25,469 bases of DNA from a virus (taxonomy: Duplodnaviria; Caudoviricetes), in the IMG/VR virus record IMGVR_UViG_3300017700_000351, positions 1-25,469 of that record, one strand, 5' to 3'. Position 1 is the stretch's first letter; every line of letters starts with the position of its first letter. The notes under the pieces were generated by a model, which saw only the letters and a program-made list of their open reading frames with translations, had not been told where the DNA came from and made no database searches. This document shows positions 17,765 to 23,977 of the stretch, in pieces. Made by a program: the position numbers and the translations under genes.

Positions 17765-18360
17765 GAGTTGACCACGCCGTTCCAGAACATGCGGTGCGCG
17801 TGAGCCTCGTACACACCCGGCTCGATCATCCGCACCGGCAGGGGCGGGATGCACGTGGTACAGATACCCTGTCGGCTGATCTCGGCGTACGGGTCCGTCG
17901 CGGCAAGTCGGCACGTGCCGCAGTATGAGCAGCTCACCGCTCCGGGGTCAGCCTTGAGCGGGCAGTCGTCACGTGGACACGGACCCATCAGCGAAACCTC
18001 GTGGAGCTCGATGGCTCGCATGAACTCGCAGGGGAGTACGGGCCGGTCCCCGAATGGTGGCCGCTGATCGTACGCGAGCAGCGCCTCCTCCGTGATCGCA
18101 CGGCCCACTGGGTAGGCGTGGTACCCGCGCATCATGTCGGCCTCCAGGTCGGCCTCGTGCTCGTCGGCCCGGTCGGCGGTGGCCGCGACCGACGCGGCGG
18201 TGAACGCCTCCGGCAGTTCACGGAACTCCATGCCGTCGTAGTGGGCGCGCACATCCGAGCTGTCGCCCTCCCAGTGCGGGGTGCGGGTCACGAGAAACAG
18301 CGGGCGTGCGTTGCCGAACACCCATCGGTTACCCACTCTCACCTTCCAGCGCGCCGTCAT
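17761..18360 (-). CDS. Hypothetical protein, Cys-rich C-terminal half
   Basis: 199 aa, GGAGG RBS, ATGA coupled. Confidence 0.7.
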   Translation of the reverse strand: MTARWKVRVGNRWVFGNARPLFLVTRTPHWEGDSSDVRAHYDGMEFRELPEAFTAASVAATADRADEHEADLEADMMRGYHAYPVGRAITEEALLAYDQRPPFGDRPVLPCEFMRAIELHEVSLMGPCPRDDCPLKADPGAVSCSYCGTCRLAATDPYAEISRQGICTTCIPPLPVRMIEPGVYEAHAHRMFWNGVVNS

Positions 18361-18683
18361 GCCTGGGCCTCCGTTCGATTCTCGGTGTCGGGTGTCGGGG
18401 TACGGAGAGCGGTGATGGCGCGCACCGTGTCGATCTGGATGATGAGCGGCTGTAGCCAGTTGTTCGACGCGGCGTCGCTGTAGGTCGCCACTGATGGCAT
18501 CGACTTCACCGCCGCTATCGCCTCACCGATCGTGTCGGCTCGGACCGCACGGATGAGGGCGCATTGGCAGCGACGAGACTGCGGGCAGTTCGATCGGTGG
18601 ATCGTCGTGCCAGCGTCATCGACGTAGCAATCGCCCATGCACGGCTGCTTCGGGCACCGTGTCTCGTGTCCCTGTTCAGCCAT
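18357..18683 (-). CDS. Hypothetical protein
   Basis: ATG 18683 after GGGAGGAA; 108 aa MAEQGHETRCPKQPC...CQCALIRAVRAD. Confidence 0.7.
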   Translation of the reverse strand: MAEQGHETRCPKQPCMGDCYVDDAGTTIHRSNCPQSRRCQCALIRAVRADTIGEAIAAVKSMPSVATYSDAASNNWLQPLIIQIDTVRAITALRTPTPDTENRTEAQA

Positions 18684-19107
18684 TGTCGTTCCTCCCGAGG
18701 GATGCAGCCCACGACAGGAACTCGTCGGGCGACTTCCACCCCTGACCCTCCCAGGCATTTAGCAGTGCCAAGTCAGCCGCCTCGTGTCCCTGTTCAGGGC
18801 TACCCGACGCCAACTCCCCGCATGACTCGCAGCGATGGTCCGCGCCCTCCGGTTCGGTGTGGACGTGACGGCACTCAGGCTCGTCAGGGCTACCCGACGC
18901 AGCCTCCGTAGCCCATCGCTCATAGCGAGTCGGTCGCTCCCCACGCGACAGATCGGCAGGGATCACCGACCCACCGGGGCTACCCGACGTCGGCGCGGTC
19001 ACCGCTGGCTGGGTCGGTGCATACCCACACCCGCGACACGTCTCAGTCTCGGGGCCGCCGCCTATCCACTGCCAGCCGCGACCTTCGCATAGTCCACACG
19101 CGCTCAC
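18676..19107 (-). CDS. Modular hypothetical protein with three SGSP linkers
   Basis: GTGA start after CAGGAGAG; 143 aa; N-terminal CxxCxGxG..CxxC. Confidence 0.7.
   Translation of the reverse strand: MSACGLCEGRGWQWIGGGPETETCRGCGYAPTQPAVTAPTSGSPGGSVIPADLSRGERPTRYERWATEAASGSPDEPECRHVHTEPEGADHRCESCGELASGSPEQGHEAADLALLNAWEGQGWKSPDEFLSWAASLGRNDNG
18797..18989. repeat. Three 13-bp direct repeats GGGCTACCCGACG at an exact 90-bp period
   Basis: Copies start at 18797, 18887 and 18977; the first two extend to 17 bp (TCAGGGCTACCCGACGC). Confidence 0.9.
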
Positions 19108-19322
19108 GGTGTCTCTCCTGTCCCCGAAACAGACTCAGGAACGTAGATCTCCTGCATGAATCCGGGCGCACCGACGAACCAGCCCCATCCATACGAGGGC
19201 TTTCTATCGCCCTCCTTGCGCCAGCCGAATCCATCGTCGGCGGGAACACGTCGGTAGAGAACGTCGTCCAGTAGCACGACCGATCCCACCGGCAATTCCG
19301 GGTACGTTTCCTCATCGCTCAT
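19104..19322 (-). CDS. Hypothetical protein (LPVGSVV motif)
   Basis: 72 aa, CAGGAGAG RBS, coupled at both ends. Confidence 0.7.
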   Translation of the reverse strand: MSDEETYPELPVGSVVLLDDVLYRRVPADDGFGWRKEGDRKPSYGWGWFVGAPGFMQEIYVPESVSGTGETP

Positions 19323-19675
19323 CGCTGCTCTCCTGTCTCAGTAACCGAACGGGACGCGCCGCCGTCGAGCCACGCGTAGGCGTCATACCCAGCGGCAGCG
19401 CAGGACGCCTGGACAGGCTTGCAGCGCCAACGGCCACCGCACCCGAGACAGTGCGAGCCATCGTTAGAGGGCCGGTGCGTGCCGCCGTCGCCGTAGTGGG
19501 CGGTCGCGCCCTGCGGGCTCAGTGGGTCGCCCGTGATGTGCGTGATGTGCGTGATCGTTCGCACCTCGCCGCGTGGCCTGCTGCGCATCGCCCAGCACAA
19601 GATCACCACCGCGAGCGCGAACAGCCCCAGGCACAGTACGCCCACGGCGACAGCGGTTACCCAGTTACCAGCCAT
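19319..19675 (-). CDS. Putative membrane-anchored protein
   Basis: GGAGGAG RBS; N-terminal hydrophobic helix followed by a basic patch; H...HCxxC...WxC. Confidence 0.7.
   Translation of the reverse strand: MAGNWVTAVAVGVLCLGLFALAVVILCWAMRSRPRGEVRTITHITHITGDPLSPQGATAHYGDGGTHRPSNDGSHCLGCGGRWRCKPVQASCAAAGYDAYAWLDGGASRSVTETGEQR
19532..19555. repeat. 9-bp tandem repeat (CGTGATGTG, about 2.7 copies) encoding ITHITHIT
   Basis: Directly visible, in frame. Confidence 0.8.
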
Positions 19676-19751
19676 GCTCGATCTCCTCCCCGTTCGCGTC
19701 CACGTCCGGCCCGTTCAGCCACGCCCACAAGCGGCGCAGCAGCGTCAGCAT
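19665..19751 (-). CDS. Possible 28-aa peptide
   Basis: MLTLLRRLWAWLNGPDVDANGEEIEHGW; overlaps neighbours at both ends and fills the gap. Confidence 0.4.
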   Translation of the reverse strand: MLTLLRRLWAWLNGPDVDANGEEIEHGW

Positions 19752-19858
19752 GATCCGGCCTGATCTGCGGTCGCGATCTCCGAACCCGTCGCCGCACGCG
19801 CCGGTGCATGGCACACGACACACTCAGGCGGGCAGGTCGCGGGATCGTGGGCGGTCAT
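19745..19858 (-). CDS. Possible 37-aa peptide
   Basis: MTAHDPATCPPECVVCHAP...; ATGA coupled to the metalloprotease stop. Confidence 0.45.
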   Translation of the reverse strand: MTAHDPATCPPECVVCHAPARAATGSEIATADQAGSC

Positions 19859-20280
19859 GCCGCACAGCCCAGCGTGGTCACGGCTGCCCGGTCATCAGCG
19901 CTCAGGCGGGCACCCGCCGGTCGCGGCTTGTCTACGTTCAGGATCGAGCCGGGGGTGTCATTGTGACCGAACCCGAACACGTGCATCATTTCGTGGAGCG
20001 CGATCCGCACCCGCTCCGTGTGCGAGAAGTTCTTAGCCGGGGTGAACGTCACGTCCCCGTTCCACGTCCACGCGAGAGCGCCGGTGCCGTCCGGCATCGT
20101 CAGGCGGCGCTTGACATCGAACGCGAGGCGCGGGTCCGTGCCCGGTGCCGCGACGGTGAACTGCACGCCCGAGAGGGTGGAGAACACGCCGAGCGCCTGA
20201 TTGATTTCGCGCTCCCATCCGGCAGCGTTCACGACGTAGGTGAACTGGCAGGGGGGCGGGGGTGGCGTTGTCATCATCAT
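19855..20280 (-). CDS. Matrixin-like (metzincin) zinc metalloprotease
   Basis: HEMMHVFGFGH fits HExxHxxGxxH; GALAWT strand and LSADD helix as in MMP catalytic domains. Start placed at ATG 20280, 7 nt after a -10 box. Confidence 0.8.
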   Translation of the reverse strand: MMMTTPPPPPCQFTYVVNAAGWEREINQALGVFSTLSGVQFTVAAPGTDPRLAFDVKRRLTMPDGTGALAWTWNGDVTFTPAKNFSHTERVRIALHEMMHVFGFGHNDTPGSILNVDKPRPAGARLSADDRAAVTTLGCAA

Positions 20281-20287
20281 GTGTATC

Positions 20288-20318
20288 AGTTTACCCCCTT
20301 CGCGGGGGTAAATGTCAA
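20288..20318 (-). promoter_or_regulatory. Sigma-70/SigA-type promoter with internal dyad
   Basis: TTGACA (20313-20318), 19-bp spacer, TAAACT (20288-20293); dyad TTTACCCCC-N5-GGGGGTAAA at 20290-20312. Confidence 0.7.
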
Positions 20319-21022
20319 GCATCAGGAACCTCGCGGTCCAATTTAATTTCCGGCCCCTCCACCGGCACCACCTCCGCCAGCGAATCCAGGGTCATCCAGT
20401 CACCATCTTCCAGCTCAAGGATGTACCGGGGCTCCCCGTCGAGTGGCTGCATCCCCGCGAGCGCGACCTTGCCGACCGTCCCCGCGTACTCGCCGTCACG
20501 GACCGACGCCCACGAGCCGACACCGAACTCCGGCACCGGCGGGTCGTACGTGACGACATGCTTACGCAGCCAGTACTCCGGCACGATGAGCAGCTTGGCC
20601 GCACCCCGCTTAGTCGGCGGCGGTGCGACCTTGAACCCCTTGAGCGCGTCCTCCAACTCCTCTGCGCTGAGCAGCTGTGCGACCACCTCCGCGAGCTCCT
20701 CACCCGCGCGGTACCCGCGATACACGAGATCAACTAGATCGCGGTCGCTCGGATCCTCCGGCAGCAGTTCATCCGTGATCGCGGCACGCACCTGCTCGCG
20801 CCACTCCTCCGCCGTCAGGCCGTCCGTGCCGGTCAGCCAGTCCAGCAGCACCTCGCGCACGTCGGCGGGCAGATCCTCCGGTATCGCGCCGTGGAGCGGA
20901 TGCCACTCCCGGCGCTGCCGCTCGATCCGCACCGTCGCGTTGAGGTACCCGTTCGAACTGTCCAGGTTCACGGTACGGACCGACACGTTCCCCCGGCCCA
21001 GCTCGAAATCGTCGTCAGCCAC
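20315..21022 (-). CDS. Hypothetical protein with C-terminal KOW/SH3-like motif
   Basis: GTG 21022 after GGAGGT; 235 aa; VGSWASVRDGEYAGTVGKV. Confidence 0.7.
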   Translation of the reverse strand: MADDDFELGRGNVSVRTVNLDSSNGYLNATVRIERQRREWHPLHGAIPEDLPADVREVLLDWLTGTDGLTAEEWREQVRAAITDELLPEDPSDRDLVDLVYRGYRAGEELAEVVAQLLSAEELEDALKGFKVAPPPTKRGAAKLLIVPEYWLRKHVVTYDPPVPEFGVGSWASVRDGEYAGTVGKVALAGMQPLDGEPRYILELEDGDWMTLDSLAEVVPVEGPEIKLDREVPDA

Positions 21023-21341
21023 CGGACACCTCCAGCAGCGCGCGGACATGGGCCTCGATCTGCTCAGCCTGCTCGCGCTCGTACGCGGCTCGCTCGTCAG
21101 CACGGACGGCATCCGCGCGGCATTCCGCCGCGTACTGGAGCAGCACGTCGGGGAGCTCATCCGGGCCGACACTCCAGACGCCGGGGCCGCTCAGGTAGTT
21201 CGGCTCCGCGTACCACTCGCCGTTCACCTTGCGCTTTTTGCCGTACTCTGCACGGGCTCGCCAACTGCCATCGCGCAACCGATCGACTCGCACGTGCTCC
21301 ACAAGTCGATCATTGATTACGAGCGGTTCCCTAAGTCTCAT
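21015..21341 (-). CDS. Hypothetical protein
   Basis: ATG 21341 after GGAGGA; 108 aa. Confidence 0.7.
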   Translation of the reverse strand: MRLREPLVINDRLVEHVRVDRLRDGSWRARAEYGKKRKVNGEWYAEPNYLSGPGVWSVGPDELPDVLLQYAAECRADAVRADERAAYEREQAEQIEAHVRALLEVSGG

Positions 21342-21804
21342 GCGGTCCATCCTCCAAAGGTTGAAATCGTGTGTCCGTGCTCGGTGCGTTCGGATCGTCC
21401 AGCATTCCCGCGTTGCCTAGCAGCGTCGCCTTGAACGTGGGGCGGGGGTGGAACTCTTTGTACTCGACTGTTTCGGTCCGGTACCCGGCGGTTGCCTCCT
21501 CCCAGGCATCGAGCCACGCCTGATCTTCGAGGTACCACTGATTCCAGCAGCCCTCTCTCCAGGCGTGGGGCTCGGACTTGAGCCAGCCTGTGCAGTCGCA
21601 AGCGGAACAGGCACCATCGCCTCCATCGTGGCGGGTGGCAGGGTGCCAGCAGTCTCTCCGGTGGCAGCGTGGCGGTCGCTTGTAGCGTCCATCACTGCGG
21701 GGTTCCGGTGGCGGAACATGCGTTCCGTTCTCCAGCTCTGCGAGGATTCGCCGCGTCTGCGCGGACCTGATCGAGCCCGATCTCTGCTCTCCTGATCGAG
21801 CCAT
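21331..21804 (-). CDS. Hypothetical protein with CxH-x4-H...CxxCxC motif
   Basis: ATG 21804 after GGAGGTGG; 157 aa. Confidence 0.7.
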   Translation of the reverse strand: MARSGEQRSGSIRSAQTRRILAELENGTHVPPPEPRSDGRYKRPPRCHRRDCWHPATRHDGGDGACSACDCTGWLKSEPHAWREGCWNQWYLEDQAWLDAWEEATAGYRTETVEYKEFHPRPTFKATLLGNAGMLDDPNAPSTDTRFQPLEDGPHET

Positions 21805-22216
21805 GACCACCTCCCCCGCCGCCACCGAAGTCAGCCACCACAGTCCCGCCGGTAGTTATCGACACGGCGACGGCAACGCCTCCAGCGCCACCGGTGGACG
21901 GGCCACCGTTCGGGTACACCGGACCACCGCGTGCAGGCTGGGCCTCCGGGGGCTCGTCGTGCCCGAGGATCTGCCGCTCGACGTTCGCCTCCAGCATCGA
22001 CAAGCAATCGAGCTGCTCGCCACGGATCGACTCGTGCCCGTGCTCGTGGGTCATGTGCGGCTCGATCCGAATGCCGCGCATCGAGAATGTTTCACGTGAA
22101 ACGCCGTTGTCGTCCGAGGTCAGGACGACGCCGCACACGCTGACCCTGTGCGCAGGGAACGGCCACGCGAGGACTACCTCAGTCCAGTCCACCCGGCGGG
22201 CACCCACGGCGCTCAT
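21692..22216 (-). CDS. Hypothetical protein, Gly-rich C-terminus, contains a parS site
   Basis: ATGA-coupled start; 174 aa; residues VSRET are encoded by the parS palindrome. Confidence 0.55.
   Translation of the reverse strand: MSAVGARRVDWTEVVLAWPFPAHRVSVCGVVLTSDDNGVSRETFSMRGIRIEPHMTHEHGHESIRGEQLDCLSMLEANVERQILGHDEPPEAQPARGGPVYPNGGPSTGGAGGVAVAVSITTGGTVVADFGGGGGGGHGSIRRAEIGLDQVRADAANPRRAGERNACSATGTPQ
22088..22103. promoter_or_regulatory. parS: parS site A
   Basis: TGTTTCACGTGAAACG, 15/16 match to the bacterial chromosomal parS consensus TGTTTCACGTGAAACA. Confidence 0.85.
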
Positions 22217-22494
22217 ACCTGCCCCTGATCCGGGTGCAGTTCGGCGGCGGGCTCCTGCTGGCGGGCGATGGCGGCGTTCGCCCACATCATTGCCTCCTCC
22301 AGTTTCGTCAGGGCCACGGCCTGCTCACGCCCAGGAGGGGTGAGGTCTGCGACGGCGTGAGCTGCCGCCCCGATGCGGGCACGGATCGAGCCGTGCGTGA
22401 GTCCGCGCTGCTCGTCGGCTGGGTGGAACGCGAACCTATGTGCGATGTCGTCGTGCTGGACCACCTTCGCGGGGCCGTCAATGATGTGTGCCAC
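22213..22494 (-). CDS. Probable Acb2/Tad1-like helical-hairpin anti-defence sponge protein
   Basis: GTG 22494 after GGAGGAG; 93 aa; HRFAFHP...IR...PPGREQAVALTKLEEAMMWANAAIAR. Confidence 0.7.
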   Translation of the reverse strand: MAHIIDGPAKVVQHDDIAHRFAFHPADEQRGLTHGSIRARIGAAAHAVADLTPPGREQAVALTKLEEAMMWANAAIARQQEPAAELHPDQGQV

Positions 22495-22513
22495 TGCTCT
22501 CTCCTCCGATGAA

Positions 22514-22529
22514 TGTTTCACGTGAAACT
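22514..22529. promoter_or_regulatory. parS: parS site B
   Basis: TGTTTCACGTGAAACT, 15/16 match; intergenic, about 20 bp upstream of the start at 22494. Confidence 0.88.
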
Positions 22530-22538
22530 CAGGTCTAG

Positions 22539-22817
22539 CTATTCGGTTGCCTCGACGGTGATCTCCGGCTGCTGCACGAGCTCCATCGGCACCACTACCA
22601 CGACGGACGGCGACGGCGGATCGAACGCCTCAACCGGCAGCACGATCTTGACCCGCACCGCCACCTCGTCAGCTGCGAGGCTCGCTGGCCGGTTCGTCAG
22701 CATCCGATCCAGTCGGACATCGGCCACATTTCGCATCCCCGTAGTTCCGTTCATAGCGCCGTAGCGCCGGTTCCCCTTGACCACGATGTACCCGCTCGCC
22801 TCTACTGATTCGCCCAT
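22539..22817 (-). CDS. Hypothetical protein
   Basis: ATG 22817 after GGAGAGAGGG; 92 aa; TACAAT -10-like box at 22844-22849. Confidence 0.7.
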   Translation of the reverse strand: MGESVEASGYIVVKGNRRYGAMNGTTGMRNVADVRLDRMLTNRPASLAADEVAVRVKIVLPVEAFDPPSPSVVVVVPMELVQQPEITVEATE

Positions 22818-22863
22818 CTTGTGCCGCCCTCTCTCCGTGCTGGATTGTATCGGAAACCTGTTG

Positions 22864-23238
22864 CTATTCCACGTGTTTCGGTGCCTTGATCGGGAGCCGC
22901 CTGCCGTCGTTCGTGAGCAGGAACCACCCATCCCACAACTTCACCCGCACCGCCTCCGGGTTCTTCCCCTGCTCGATCAGCCAGCCCATCCGCTTACTAA
23001 CAGTCCGAGTGACACCGGACTGGGGAACCTTCCCCTCAATGATGTCGTGACAGTCCGAGCAGAGCCGTAAACCGTTGGCAGCTAACGCCGTATCGGGCCT
23101 AGAGGATCCACCCATCCCGCGCGGTCGGCGGTGGTGGCGCTGGCAGTTCGGGCTCCAGCGTCCGCACCGTTCGCACCGTTCGTTAGCGCGCAGGTCGATC
23201 AGGGCGCGCGCTGCCGGGGTGAACTCGCCTTTACTCAT
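22864..23238 (-). CDS. HNH endonuclease
   Basis: CERCG...HHRRPRGMGG...NGLRLCSDCH; ATGA-coupled start at 23238. Confidence 0.88.
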   Translation of the reverse strand: MSKGEFTPAARALIDLRANERCERCGRWSPNCQRHHRRPRGMGGSSRPDTALAANGLRLCSDCHDIIEGKVPQSGVTRTVSKRMGWLIEQGKNPEAVRVKLWDGWFLLTNDGRRLPIKAPKHVE

Positions 23239-23420
23239 CGCCCGTCTCGCGCCTCCTCCCAGTCGCTCAGCGAACCCCGCACCTTGCGCACCTCGATCCA
23301 GAGCGTGCGCCCGTCCTCGATACGCGAGGCATGGAAGCGGCCCGACTTCGGAGCCTCCCCCTGGATCGTCCACACGACGCCGCCGATCTCGACTCGCTTG
23401 CCGATGTGATTACCGGCCAT
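23235..23420 (-). CDS. Hypothetical protein
   Basis: 61 aa, overlaps both neighbours. Confidence 0.55.
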   Translation of the reverse strand: MAGNHIGKRVEIGGVVWTIQGEAPKSGRFHASRIEDGRTLWIEVRKVRGSLSDWEEARDGR

Positions 23421-23973
23421 CGCTGCCCACATCCAGCAGTGCCTCTTGCACCGGGTCCGGCGCGTCAAGGTCACGGATGGATGCCGTGGTCTTGCGGACG
23501 AACTTGCCCGGTATCGAGCACTCCGCCAGAAACATCGACACGACGAACGAACGCGGCAGCGGCATGTCAGAGCTGCCCAGTCGCACCGGCTCGCGGCGCT
23601 CGATCAGCCGGTGGAACCCAGTGCTCGCCTCCAGCCATCCCCACTCGCGCGGAAGCTCGCGGATATCGCGGACGACACGCGGCCCGGTGACGAGCCAGAA
23701 ATGATCGGCCAGCTCGCGGGCGGGCTGCCACTTCTCCGGCTTGCGTAGCTCGGTGAGCAGGTCGGCGCGTGATGCCTTGATCTCGAATATGTCGAGCCGG
23801 TGATTCCGGGAGCCCCACGTGTGCAGGGCCACCGCGTCGAACTCCGATGTTCCTAGGCCCGCGCCGAGTCCCTTGACGTGGAGCCCGAACACTGATGGGC
23901 CGTCGCCTCCGGTCGCGTGGTGACGGCGGTAGAGCAGGCGCTCCAGTTCCGCCGTCACCTGACGGTCACCCAC
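23410..23973 (-). CDS. MmcB-like PD-(D/E)xK nuclease
   Basis: FDAVAL...FEIKASRADLLTEL...KW...DHFWLV...ELPREWG matches the MmcB-like pattern. Confidence 0.75.
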   Translation of the reverse strand: MGDRQVTAELERLLYRRHHATGGDGPSVFGLHVKGLGAGLGTSEFDAVALHTWGSRNHRLDIFEIKASRADLLTELRKPEKWQPARELADHFWLVTGPRVVRDIRELPREWGWLEASTGFHRLIERREPVRLGSSDMPLPRSFVVSMFLAECSIPGKFVRKTTASIRDLDAPDPVQEALLDVGSDGR

Positions 23974-23977
23974 TGGA

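Noticed and set aside
18797-18989. CRISPR interpretation of the 90-bp periodic repeat
   Set aside because: Repeats are only 13-17 bp, intervals are 73-77 bp, the array is in frame within a CDS and no cas genes are present.
22495-22521. ORF-track start at GTG 22521 (MKHSSEE...) and plus-strand ORF 22513-22764 (MFHVK...)
   Set aside because: Both begin inside the parS palindrome without an RBS; GTG 22494 has a strong GGAGGAG.
22865-22880. Third parS-like sequence TATTCCACGTGTTTCG
   Set aside because: Only about 11/16 match with one arm broken; at best a half-site.
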